64,000 nucleotides of DNA, from contig MNCI01001933.1 of assembly GCA_015680685.1 (NCBI GenBank), forward strand, positions 160,817-224,816. The letters are read 5' to 3'. The first letter of the stretch is position 1. Each line of letters opens with the position of its first letter. Shown here one piece after another: positions 50,301-62,047 of this stretch. A program made the position numbers and the translations under genes. This DNA is from Gnetum montanum. Its lineage: Eukaryota > Plantae > Gnetophyta. Under the pieces are notes generated by a model. It was given only the letters and a program-made list of their open reading frames with translations, did no database searches and was not told where the DNA came from.

Positions 50301-53300
50301 TCTAGATCCATTAGATCTAAGGGAATTCCTTGGGGTGTCAAACAGCATCGAGGCAACGTTGTTACACGTACCTTCGCAACTTCATACATCTATCCTTTTT
50401 CATAGCTTAAAATTTGTGGCAATGAAGAGATATTCCACAAACTTGTGAAAAGCATCAATTGGTAATGCTTTTGTTAATGCATCTTGAGTGAAAGACAATT
50501 TCTGCAACTACTAATCTCATTAGCTCCATTTTGACTCACCACCCCTTTTATGAAACAATGGTAAATTCTGTTGTCAAAAAATATTGTAGTCAGTTAATCC
50601 CAACCACTATGAGCTCTTGGCTCCCCCTTATCTGATCAATTCATCAAGGAATGATTGTTACATCCCATCCAGATACATTAGGTATGGCTGTACGATTATG
50701 ATTGATACATCACGTGTGTCTCGATGGGTTATTGGGGACGACTTAGCTTATTGTAATTGCACTTTATATGTTATGATTAACATAACTGTCTTTACATGCT
50801 TAACTAACGTGATTATGTACACTAGCCCTGTGATGTGTTAAATAGGTTATGTTGTTGGCAGGGATGTTGGGCTGGGGTACGAGAGCACCTATTCGGTATG
50901 TATTTATGTTTTATGTGTGATTTTGGTATTTATGCATTTGCACTATAGCACTATGTTGTGTGATGCTTGGGTGTGATTTTGGCATGTGAAGGTGCAGAGC
51001 ATTTGATAAGGATCTCGTAGGTTCAAATGGATTTTGATTTGGAGTTCTAGTATGTTTGTTATGCATGATTGAAGTTCACGACCTTAGTTGTGGAGGATAT
51101 GAAAATAGAAACTTAGGAAAATTAATGGGGTTTAAAAAATGGGTAAAAAAAGTACATAGATATATATGAACTTTTTTTTTTTTTTGAGAGAATGTTCGGG
51201 GCTGTATTACTGTAAGTTATGGTACACAAGTATACAAATTAAAGGGACATCAAGGATGGCCCACTGGGAAGGGGAGGAGGTGGAAGCCTCGGTACCCCTC
51301 TTAACCGCAGATTTCAAAACGCAAAAAGCTCAGAGCTCAAAAACTCAAAAACAGGGGGGGCACACCCCGTATAAACAAGGGGGGGAACAACAACGGGTGG
51401 CAGGGGGGGGCCTTAGGGGCGAGTTGGCAGATGGTGGCAGGCACACTAAGGCCGTTCAAGCTCATGTAGCAAGTCCAGGGTGTTGCAGTGCTCTTCGGTG
51501 TCCATGAAGTTCGCCGCTTGTTGGATGCCCTGCATAGCAACCTCTCGCCTGCTCCGGTCAGCCGATGAGTCCCCTGCATCCGGATGGAATTTTGTTGACG
51601 TGCGTCTGATATGTCGCCTGAGTTCCCCCCAGGAGCTCTCACAACTAATGCCCAAGAGGCTGTATGGGCAGCGCCCCCCCCCCCCCAAGCTACTGACGAG
51701 CACTATGCTCGTGTGCCCGGTCAAGCTACCTTTGTCGTTGCTCTTCTTCTTCCTGCATGCGTTGCTGCTCTTCCCGGGCGGCCGCCTCTTGGGCTTGACG
51801 GGCCGCCTCCTCCTGGCGCAACTCCTCTCTAACTTGGTCCCAGAGCTCATCAATGAGTTGGGCTCGAGAGGCCTCCATCATGATCGCGTGTTGTCGGGTC
51901 AGCGCTTGTTCTCGTTCACGAAGCTGGGCTTCGTGTTCGGCACGAGACTTGGCCAGGGCCTCGGTCCACTTTCAAGTGGGCTTGCACGTGACATGCATAA
52001 CTTTCATAAAAAACCAATGACTAAAAAGTAATGGTTATGCATAAGAAATAAACCTTTGTGCAACTAGCATAAATGCACCCTAACAAGCTGGGCTTCAAGT
52101 AAAGTTAGTCTCCTTCCTCAACAATCAAGTCAAAGGAGATGCTATGTGAGAAAAATGTTCCACAAACCTATAGTAATATCCTGCTAATCCCAAGAAGCAT
52201 CGCACCTCCACTACTAATTACAGCATAGGCCAATCACAAACGGCTGCAATCTTTGCAGGATCAACAAAGATACCAGCTCCTAACACCACATGTCCCAAGA
52301 ACTGAATCTCTAACTGCCAAAATGAACACTTGGATGGTTGAGCATACAGTTGGTACTCTCTCAAAGTTTGTAAGATTGTCCACAAGTGCTCTGCATGCAA
52401 CTGCTCATCAGGAGAATATACTAAGATATCATCTATGAACACAATCACAAACTAATCTAGGAATGGCCACATCACACTATTCATGAGGTGCATAAAAATT
52501 GCTGATGCATTTGTCAACCCAAATGGAAGCACCAAAAACTCATAATGGCCATATCGTGTTCTAAATGTTGTCTTTGATACATCTCATTCACAAACCTGCA
52601 CTTGATGATACCCAAACTTAAGATCAATTTTTGAGAATACATGAGCTCCCCAAAGTTGATCAAACAAGTCACCAATGTGTGGCAAGGGATATTTATTTTT
52701 CACCATCACCTAGTTTAGTTATTTATAATCTATGCATAGTCGCAAACTCACATCCTTCTTTTTAACAAATAGCACTAGTGCATCCCATGGTGATACAGGA
52801 GGTCGAATGAGGCCTTTGTCCAGATATTCCTATAGCTGAATCTTTAGCTTTGCTAGCTCTATAGGAGACATCTTATGTGAAGCCTTTGAAATAGGCTCGG
52901 TACCAGGTTTAAGTTCAATTTCAAACTCAATTTCTTGCCTCGATGGCAAACCCAGTAATTTTGATTGAAACACATCAAAAAATTCTTAAACCACAGGAAT
53001 TTGATCTATTTCCACCCTATCTGTTTTATATATTGTAGCAACAAAGCATTCATGCCCTTTTTGAAGCATCCTACAATACATCCGAGAGGAGATCAAATCT
53101 AGGCACATAGTCCTCGAACAAGTTTGTACCTCAATCGAAGCACCATCGACAAATTGTAGTATTAGGAGCTTCTGCCAATAGTCCAAACTAGCATTGAACT
53201 ACGACAACCAATCCATCCCTGAAATTACATCATATACCCCAAGATCTATAACATGTAAATCACTAACCCGCTGCACACCTTTCAATTCTATTGGCACACC

Positions 53301-56300
53301 TATACACACCTAATCAACTTGAGTTTCATGACCCCCAATAGAAGATACTATCAACCTAGGAGAAAGAGAAAGACATACAAGAGCTACATGATGTGCAACC
53401 ATAGGATCTACAAAAGAATGGCTAGCACTTAGATTGAATAAAATCAATACATCAAAGCCCAAAATCGTGCCTCCTGTCTCCATCACTGTGTTTGGCTGCA
53501 CATCTAATGGCTGGTTTGTTAAGGCATACACCCATCCTTGAGTCCTCTAGTCCCCTCCTCCTAGTTGAGTGACCAGTGTTCCACATTCACCCTGAACTGG
53601 AGGCTACTATCCTCGACGCCTACCTCCTCCACCACTACTTGCCTATTTCAAGCACTCCCTAGCGTGGTGTCTTGGCTGCCCACATGCAAAACAATTCCAG
53701 CAATCCCTCTACAAATGGCTAGGTTGCCTATATCTATAACAAACAATCAATCCATGACCAGCTCCAACAATAGGACCAGGAGCTGCTGTTGAGTGCTCAC
53801 CTCCATGTCCATGAGCTTGCTTGGAGGGGCCAGGCCTCTCTCTAGATGTTGGTCCTTTCTTCTACTCCTACCCTTGTCACCTCTCTCTACGAGCTACATC
53901 TTCTTGTTGACTCCTCTCTGAATCCATGGCTATTACTCTAACCTCATCATAGGACGTCAATTGGAGGGGTAATATGTGGTCCTTCAAAGATGGCCTCAAA
54001 CCTCTAACAAATCTGTTCGGCCGAGCCTGAACATCTATTTGCATTTGTGGTACATAACTACTAAGCTCAAAGAAACAAGCATCATACTCTGCCACAGACC
54101 AACTACCCTAATACAAACGATAGAACTCGTCCTCCTTGGCCTAAGCATATTGGGTAACCAGATAATGGGCTCTGAAAGACATCAGAAAATCATCCCATGT
54201 CACCTCTTGGCCAGTCCATCCCTTGGCTTGCTCTTCAGTCATCCACCAACGCCGAGTAGTACCAACCAACTGATAGACTACCAAGCGAGTCTACTAAACC
54301 AATGAACAACCAATCAGATCAAAAGCTTTTTGCAATTCCTCCAACCATTTTGTAGCTACAGTAGGATCCTCAATGCCATCAAATTTAGCAGGTCCAAACT
54401 TCTGAAACTATTCTACTAGTTCCCTATTGATAAGTTGCCTATTTGACTCTCCTGAGCCTCCACTACCACTACCACTTCCCACTTCCCTGATCATGGGAAC
54501 AGGAGCATCACTAGCTACAACATGCTACTACAAGATTTGTAACAGCTGTTGTATAAAATTTGGTTGCCTATTTGCAAGACCACTACTAGATGTTTGAGGA
54601 GGTTGCTCTGGCCCATCATTAGGCCCTTCTAACCTGCGAACCCTAACAACATCATGACCACGTCTACTATACATATACATAACCTAAAATCACAAATGGA
54701 TGAGTACCCCAGACATCATACAACATCAAAGTAAACTAGCTTTGATACTACCCGCCCTAGCGAGGGCAAGGTGATGGCTAGGATCACTAGTAATATTACA
54801 ACGGAAGCATGATAAACTAAAAACTAATGATGTGTGTTTATGGTATGCGGTGGCAAAGGCAGTGGGATGTAGAGACATGCAATTTTATAAATCGACATGT
54901 ATGTTTAGTTTTTGGTTTGGCATGGATTTTTGTGCAACTTGACCTTCCTTAATATAACGTATTTCTACACATCATTAGTTTTTAGTTTATCATGCTTCCA
55001 TTGTAATATTACCAATGATCTAAGGCATCACCCTGCCCGAGCTAGGGCAAGGTGTTACAATGATGATCAACTTCTATAACCACAAAATTTTGTGGCTACT
55101 GAGCTCTTTCTCTCCCTTGTGACTCAACACACATTTCATCATGTTGGTGGCTTTGCAATTTAATAATTACAGAGTTGTTCCTCCAAAGTGTGAACTTCCC
55201 TTTTTATAATTGTGCAACTCATAGTTACATCCATTTAGACAATCTTCCAACTAATTTTGCAATTGTGAAATTCGTGGGTACTTGTTCTTCAAGCAGCCTC
55301 CATTAACTTCTCTAAAGTCTGTCTTCTCTTACCCTTCATAATGTATGATGTATCCCTCATCCCTTCCAATATGTTCTTTGTAATACATCCTCCACAGCAA
55401 AATATTGAATAGTTCTTTCTCCAAGGGTAAGCTCCTTGAGTTTGTTACAATGAACTCTAATGCAGTCTTGTTTACCACAATCTTCGTCACCACCTCATAC
55501 AGGTTTTTAAACTCCATAACTTTCACTTGAATCTATTACCAAACTAGATGTTGGTCCTCTTGCATGTCATCTGGTCTTAGAATTCTGCAACTGGTTTTGT
55601 CAGCACTAAAGTTTTCTGATGGTGTGACCTTGGCAATCCACATAGCAATGTTGTGAATGCCTTGAAAGATAGCTTTGGTTGCTGCTTACTCTGCCTTTGC
55701 AACTACATTGCAAAGTTGTTGAAGTTTTTCCACTATTTCTGTACTGGTATTTTCCTGCAGTCATCCTGAGATTTAGCATTGATCTGCCTACCTTCTCGTC
55801 ACTTTGTTTGCATTCATATTAACTTTGATTCAATTTCATAATTATCTGTAGATGGTATCTGGCTCCGATACCATATTGAACTTTTCAAGATCAGCTTCGT
55901 GCAAATATTGTGAAATTACTTTAGAAGTTAATTTTATTGTGAATGTTCATTGCACAAGAACAATGAAACGATAAATGAATAGAAGCTTTTTCTTTTAGAT
56001 CAAATGATCTCTATTGAATGAATGATTGGATGAGCTACAAAAGAAAATGACTTAACATTACTCAACATGCTACACCTCACCCCATTATGATATTTACATA
56101 ATTTGAAAGGTCATGACTCCTCTATGGAAGGTCATGTTTACAAAGAAAGAGTGATTACAAAAGTTAGTTAAGAAGTTTTATCCTTGTAAGTATGAAAGTC
56201 ATTACTAATAGTTACAGAATTTAACGATCAAGATTGTTCCAACATGAACTATTGGACCCTTTCCATTTTAATAATTTTTTGCATAAAATTCATATATCTC

Positions 56301-59300
56301 AATAGCAAATATATGACTTGTAGAATGCAAGCCACACAACTTTACCAACAAGTCATATGCCTTTATATTCATAGGATGGGCTAGATAGCCTAGACCACTA
56401 GATATGAGGTTAGCCCTGTTAAGTTGGCCCCAACATAAGAATTGACTTGGCCACTTATGACTTGATTACAAATATTAGGTTTGCTACAATTTTTTTTAAT
56501 AAAAAATACAGAGGTGCCACATATTAATGTGCAAAAATAAACTATTATTTCTTCATTTTCTCTTGAAACTAACAGTTATACTTTTTAAAGTATTTCTTTA
56601 TTTTTTTCTTTTCTTTTTATTTTTTAACTTTAAAAAATAAATTCTTTTATAGCTTCCAACTAACTATTGCCCACTGCATCTCAATTAGCCATGACCTATG
56701 CTACTATGTATTTTCTCTTTAATCCTTGAGAAATCAATTGCAATGATGATGAATCTAGTATGATTTGAAATATATTGCAAAAAGATAAAATGCAAACTAT
56801 CTCTCATTCCATAAACTATTTTGTTTTTCTAACAAATACATACAGTTTAGTGGTTAGAGTCTTCACATGGAAAACCTAGTTAACAAGTTCAATTCTAATA
56901 GGCAGCATTGAGTTATGAAGAAAAAAATTTCTATACAAGAAAGTATGAAATTAGTGTGGTCCAATAGATCAAAGAGGGTCTATGTAAAAATTCAGTTTCA
57001 TAAAATTTGGATTTTAAATACATATAGAATTCATTGTTCTCTTAGACATCAACCAAGAAAAATGAGAATGAGTCTGTTACATATGCTGCAAATCTAATAA
57101 TAATAATAATAATAATATAATATACAAATTACAGTAATAACCTTTACGGTGCCAACTAATTCCTAATGCTGACTTACAGCTTGTAATCTGACGAATTTCA
57201 AGGACTCTGGCAGTTAAATATAATATCTGCTGCATTCTCTTTCCAACATTTTGTTGCCAACCAGCCTACTCTTGAAGTTGATTTTCTTCATTCCCCTGAA
57301 AATTTTAGGGCAGCCTTCCCTTCCGTATAGAGATTTGGTGTTCTAGCATTGTCATCCAGATTTATAGGGCTCTAACATGCTACCAATCCATGCCCAATCT
57401 ACAATATTTTGGCATTATAAAATGCAGATTTGTTGCCTAAAGTTTTATTTTAAAAATGAAGAAATTGCATGAACATAATAAAAATATGGTTAACATACTT
57501 ATCATCCATTTTCACTTCATCAAGTAATCTATCGCAAAAATTTTTCTTTTACTTGCCACTTTTTATTTTATTTTTGTTTTCAAAAAACTTTAGGACTGAG
57601 AACCACCATTCTTCAGTTTTTAGCTTCCTTATCCATCTGATGTGTACATAATGTGTCTTTTGCAATGTTGAAAGATTGTTGAATGTCTTATGCAAACTAC
57701 ATGCTGTTGAGTTTTTTAAGTCACTCTCACTGTCATGATATTTCATACATGTGATCATTTTTACAGGTTTGAGATCCTTCTAAACAATCCTTCTATTCAA
57801 CTTAAATAATTTTACCTTGTCCCTTCAACCTACACAACATCCTCATTCATATGGGGAATCCCTGGTGAGTTTACTCCTACATTTGTATGTTTAAGGAGCT
57901 AAACCTGCATATTTGTTCAACTCATTCTACATTGCTGATAGTAAAGAAGTCATAAACAAACCTCAGAATGGAATGTATTGAACATTTCTGTTGAACAAAG
58001 TGGTTTGGGAGAATTTTTGGGTAAATACATACTCCGTGTGGAGAAGTATTCTAAACACTCAATCCCAAGACACTAGGAAGGTCTCTTCAGATATTACTAT
58101 CTAATTCCATCCCAATCACTTGGTCAATAACCAATGGTAAAAGCCCAAAAATCCAGGAGCTACCATGGTTACTCTTGAGATGTTCTCATACAATAGCACT
58201 ACAATTATTGTGCATAATTGTTGAATGACAAAGCCATCCCTAACAAGAAACCAATCTGATCAATTGCAAATAAAGCCTTGGTTGGTGGACTAATGTGTCA
58301 TATTTAAATAATATAATCTTTCAAGCCCATTTTATCCCTTTGTTAACAAAAACACAAAATTGCAATCACACAAAATCAAACCATTTACTTTTAAAAAAAA
58401 AATTTGCTTACCACACCATACTTGTGTGCAATAACATCTGCATTAGGTAGATTTCCCTCCTGAATTTCCCCCCAAGGTTTTTTCTGATTTTTAACCCCAA
58501 TGTCAATGCTATCCTTAAGCATGTTTATCTGCTCCGTGCATGCTTTCACAAACACTCCTACCTGCATTAATTTCATGAAATTTATCAATTAACCATGCAT
58601 CATATATATCAGTGGATAGTGCAGAATACATGATATTTAGTACATCTCGCAAATAGTCACAAGAAAACTTCTTTTAACAAGAGGGCCATCCTTGAGAACA
58701 TGTCGTTGTCAGTAATTTTGCTCCCAAACACAGATACAGATTGACATCTCTTAATTAGTCTATGAAATTCCATGACAAATGAATTGAAATTGTCAGGCTT
58801 TCCTGCATGTTCATTAAGGAAAACAATATTTCATGCATTTCATGTTTATGATAATGTTTTGACTGTGACTTGGGTCATGATCATACATGCTAGTGGGTGT
58901 GTCTGGTGCTCAGTGTAGAAAGTAAAGAATAATCATAGCTAATATCAGGTAAAAGGAAATATGTACAAGGTGTGTCTTTTCCCATACTACTTACAAAGAT
59001 CATAGCATTGCGAACTGTAGAGTAAAAGCTAGAGAATATCATGTGCGGATGTTGTGATTAATTAATTATATACATCAAAAATTGATTGAAGGCACCCCTC
59101 AACTTTGTTAGTGCAGAAAAGCCATGTCCATGAAAGGGTGACTATATAGTTAAGGCTTGTCTTATTGCATTCCATGGTTTATGAATAACATGGACTGTGT
59201 CTGGAAGACAGTGTCATGTTAGACCCAAGTTACCTGGAAATCAGTTTATAATTGTTGTTTAGCCCCAATGTGTTATGCTGAGATATACAGGCATTGTACA

Positions 59301-61336
59301 AAAGATAATGGCTGAAACTGAGTTTCTCCAACAGATCTTTCTAGTCTCTACATGGACTTAATAAGAACAGATCAGTTCAGTTCAGTTCAATGGTATGTGC
59401 AACATAGAATGCTAAACTAACTGTCAATCACAAAACCACATTACTTACAATATAAATAATTGTCAAGATTCTACATTTATATGTATGTCATGCTACCAAA
59501 TGTGTCTGTACTTCCTTGGATGATTATTTATTAGTTTTATTTTACCACAAGGTTAAGCCATAGAACTTTTAACTAACATTGAGAGTTTAATGTATCAATA
59601 AAAGTCACTCTATCAGCAATGAAACCAAGGCAGTTGTATTATTAATAGAAACTGACGATACAGAAAATTACTTGCAATTAATGTTTAGGCTGCATGTGCT
59701 ATAACAAGCAATTATACCCAAAGGTTGAAATTAAGAATTTAAATTTAAAAAACAAAATTATGTTTTCACAGAAATGCTACCTACCATATACAAAATCTTG
59801 GTGTTAAAAACTTTACCTCATGTTCAATGTTATCCCGATCTTGTTCTGTTGTACGAAGTTTATCCATATAATCTTTCTTATGATTTAGAACAAATTGATG
59901 TAAAGTGTGAATACTTTCTCGCTGTAAATATGAGACAGCAAAGTTACTAATCCTACCAATAGTAATTGTGCAGGATATAATCACAAACTCCAGACAACCA
60001 TACTAAAGTAAATATAAATATAACTTTTAAATAGCATGCTGCCTTAAAACAGAATGAGGAGAAAACGATCCAAATGACATATGTATCAATGAAAATGCTC
60101 AGATCACCCAGTTACTACTTTTGAGAAATTTTACAATTTCATATATTCAAACTTAGAATCATATGCTCTATATTAACATTATGATCAACAACTGAACCTT
60201 GAGGACCACAGAGACACGGCAGTGACAGTTCTTAAAAGCATCCATATTTTGTAAAAAATCTTATTCGGCAATTAAACTAAGTACAAAAAAAGGGGCATGA
60301 AACTTACAGTTTTCAAAGCTGTTTGAATAAATGGGGTTCTTTTATGTGGCCTTCTCATGATCAAAGATTCAGATATTTTAGCCAATTTTGCCTGAAAAGA
60401 TATGTATAAGAAAATTTGAACTCAAAGATTGTAATATTGCAGTGAAAGCATATATAATAGAGGCATCGTAGACTATCATAATATTAGCCAGTCAGCCACA
60501 AAATTATTTTTTAAAAAATGGTAAAATAAATTATGTACAGTTCTCAGGCAACAAAACAGCATAAAAATCATAGCTAAAAAGAACATAAAGATTTGAAAAT
60601 ACTAAATAAAAGAACCTAAAGATCTATTAGGGACTATACGTGTCCATTTCATCAAATACAAATATACATTGAATAAAATGACCTATAATCACTGGCTGCA
60701 GTTCAACGGATGCCAGATACAGTGCTGGAGAAGTACATAACTTTGGAAGGTGAAATCAATCACTGATGAATTTCACATAATGCCTTTATAAATGCACCGA
60801 AACTTCCGTCGCTAAAGTTTTGTGGAAAGTTATAAGATATGGCTCAGCTAATAAGAAGTTGAAGCTAACCAAGGTTATATACGAAAATTCATTCCATCTT
60901 TAAGGAGAATTATTCCACTCTACGGACCAAATTAATATGGGTACCTTCCGATGTAAACTGTACCAACTTTGTCTTTTAAACTGTTAACAGTGCGTTTCTG
61001 AGTTGAATTTCTACGTAACCTGAATACTAGTAGAGATCATGACTATGCATTGATGGCAACGACTGAAGGAAAACAATCCAGTGTAAGACGAACGCACAAA
61101 ATTCAAAAGCATTTTTTATGGTTAGCAAATTAAGCCTTCCTACGAACGATCCAAACTGCATAAAATCTCGTCTTGCAGAGAAAACCTAGCAAAGTTACCT
61201 GACACAAAAAACAAACAAACACAAGAAATAAAACAATACAGATGCAGGGTGTATTCACCTCATCGTACTGTTGATTCCGAGCACAGGAGCAGACAGCTTC
61301 CCTAAATTCTTCGGTTCTGTCTCTGAATTTTGCCAT
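41210..61336 (-). CDS. SYP81: Syntaxin-81 (Qa-SNARE, STX18/Ufe1 family), 7 exons, 313 aa
   Basis: Exons 61336-61259, 60391-60308, 59921-59817, 58561-58412, 42895-42647, 42546-42415 and 41353-41210. All introns are GT-AG, phase 0, and the frame is open. Protein: [11 protein letters not shown]...[14 protein letters not shown]...AHKYGVVLILS...[37 protein letters not shown]...[21 protein letters not shown]. Confidence 0.95.
41745..41882 (-). mobile_element. Degenerate tRNA-derived SINE (Au-like) in SYP81 intron 6
   Basis: A-box-like ttggtaagg and B-box-like ggtttgatc on the minus strand, followed by blocks resembling the Au SINE body. Recognised by eye only. Confidence 0.4.
42415..42546 (-). CDS. 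SYP81: SYP81 exon 6
   Basis: CAG acceptor and GTAACA donor; [44 protein letters not shown]. Confidence 0.93.
42647..42895 (-). CDS. SYP81: SYP81 exon 5
   Basis: CAG acceptor and GTAATA donor; [11 protein letters not shown]...[12 protein letters not shown]. Confidence 0.93.
44950..46205. mobile_element. Probable non-autonomous DNA transposon remnants (hAT-like), GC-rich
   Basis: Repeated ggtggca motifs and a hAT-like subterminal aggcgccctaggc...taaaaca at 46172-46203. No TSD confirmed. Confidence 0.35.
48409..50366 (+). mobile_element. Small non-autonomous gypsy-type LTR element (~1.96 kb) with a 78-bp 5' LTR remnant
   Basis: TGTAACA...TGTTACA (48409-48486) followed by the iMet PBS agtggtatcaaagc. 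PPT-like tagggagaa at ~49785. The 3' end ggcaacgttgttaca (50366) matches the 5' LTR end. TSD catat/cgtac differs by two transitions. Confidence 0.7.
51172..51990 (-). mobile_element. Poly(A)-tailed, 5'-truncated retroposed insert (LINE 3' end or retrocopy) encoding a coiled coil plus J-domain
   Basis: T14 at 51172-51185 is a poly(A) tail on the minus strand. The block is abruptly GC-rich. The stop at 51446 is followed by ~260 nt of 3' UTR. Confidence 0.65.
51446..51975 (-). pseudogene. Glu/Gln/Arg-rich coiled coil plus C-terminal DnaJ-like J-domain (HPD motif)
   Basis: [23 protein letters not shown]...[49 protein letters not shown], a +1 slip in a G13 run, then [70 protein letters not shown] lies at 51578-51586. 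Confidence 0.65.
52140..54690 (-). pseudogene. Degenerate Tekay-like gag, protease and RT
   Basis: [13 protein letters not shown]...FVRGLRP (Gag), [12 protein letters not shown] (protease) and [12 protein letters not shown]...FLGHVV (RT). PBS at 54739-54750. Confidence 0.85.
54751..55051. repeat. Inverted repeat with 85-bp arms (54751-54835 / 54967-55051) and a ~130-bp spacer
   Basis: gtaatattacaacggaagcatgataaactaaaaactaatgatgtgt pairs with acacatcattagtttttagtttatcatgcttccattgtaatattac with one mismatch. The outer parts of the arms pair with a few more mismatches. Confidence 0.9.
57200..57440 (-). mobile_element. Highly degenerate LINE reverse-transcriptase fragment
   Basis: [11 protein letters not shown] resembles the L1 RT D.V.W.fl..vL block. 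Very decayed. Confidence 0.3.
58412..58561 (-). CDS. SYP81: SYP81 exon 4
   Basis: CAG acceptor and GTAAGC donor; [19 protein letters not shown]...[11 protein letters not shown]. Confidence 0.93.
59817..59921 (-). CDS. SYP81: SYP81 exon 3
   Basis: CAG acceptor and GTAAAG donor; [35 protein letters not shown]. Confidence 0.93.
60308..60391 (-). CDS. SYP81: SYP81 exon 2
   Basis: CAG acceptor and GTAAGT donor; [28 protein letters not shown]. Confidence 0.92.
61259..61336 (-). CDS. SYP81: SYP81 exon 1 (first coding exon)
   Basis: [26 protein letters not shown] with GTGAAT donor; contains the syntaxin N-peptide RDRTxxF. Confidence 0.93.
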
Positions 61337-62047
61337 CGGGGCACCGGTATCTTGAAAACCTTACAAGACAAGAGAATTATGTTTTTGACAAAATTAAAAC
61401 AATGAACTCTCCGCAGACATTTGTGCACCAAAAGAGCATCCAAATTTGATCTTGGATGGGGAAGCCAACGTCTTCAATTGCTCTTATTCTTGGCGTACTG
61501 CTGCTAGAGCGTTTCCCGATGCGTCGATTTTTTCCCGATCCAACCGAAACGCTCGAATCTTTAAATTCCCTATGCACAAAGCTTCATTAGCATCGTTGTT
61601 ACGTGAGGAATCAAATACATTATACGACAATGAGAAATTAAATCCTTTGTTGGGCGACTTTGATGATCTTCCGCGCATACAATGCTGTCCTTAACCAGGA
61701 ATTTACCTGTTGTGTAACTAAATCTCTTCATCATCCTATTTTGCAACTTACCCGGCGGTAGCACATTAAGAGGTTTCCAACGTCGATCAATCATATACTT
61801 TATCGAGTTAAACCATATAACTTTATTGACTTAAACCAAACCATACAATTTGAACTCTAGTAGGAAGACAACTATCCAAACTCATTATCAATAAACTAGT
61901 ATAACATACTGTCCCATCCACGAATTATGCTCTGATTGCTTATATATGCTTATGACTTGTATGGTTTAGCATTGGGAACTCTTACTAATGAATTAAACAT
62001 GGCTTCAATACACAAAGTAAATTTCCCACTTGCTAATGATATATAGT

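Larger units (their letters stand above)
50656..55059. mobile_element. Rearranged Ty3/gypsy (Tekay-like) element with an inverted internal segment
   Basis: TG...CA ends with a perfect TSD ATGAT (50651-50655, 55060-55064). The interior 52140-54750 has PBS, gag, protease and RT on the minus strand. Confidence 0.8.
47165..56244 (-). mobile_element. Old, internally deleted Ty1/copia LTR retrotransposon in SYP81 intron 4 (host of nested insertions)
   Basis: Diverged LTR pair 47165-47522 and 55874-56244. iMet PBS tggtatcggagcc (55861-55873) and PPT agggggag (47523-47530) before TGTTGG. Remnants WKIV*MDV (RT, ~55235) and DALTKALP (RNase H, ~50470). Confidence 0.8.

Noticed and set aside
51480-52031. 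183-aa plus-strand ORF as a membrane protein
   Set aside because: It is the Leu-rich antisense shadow of the Glu/Gln-rich minus-strand frame, and the poly(A) polarity points to the minus strand.
56840-56900. tRNA gene
   Set aside because: Only loose A/B-box-like words and no cloverleaf. At most a decayed SINE.
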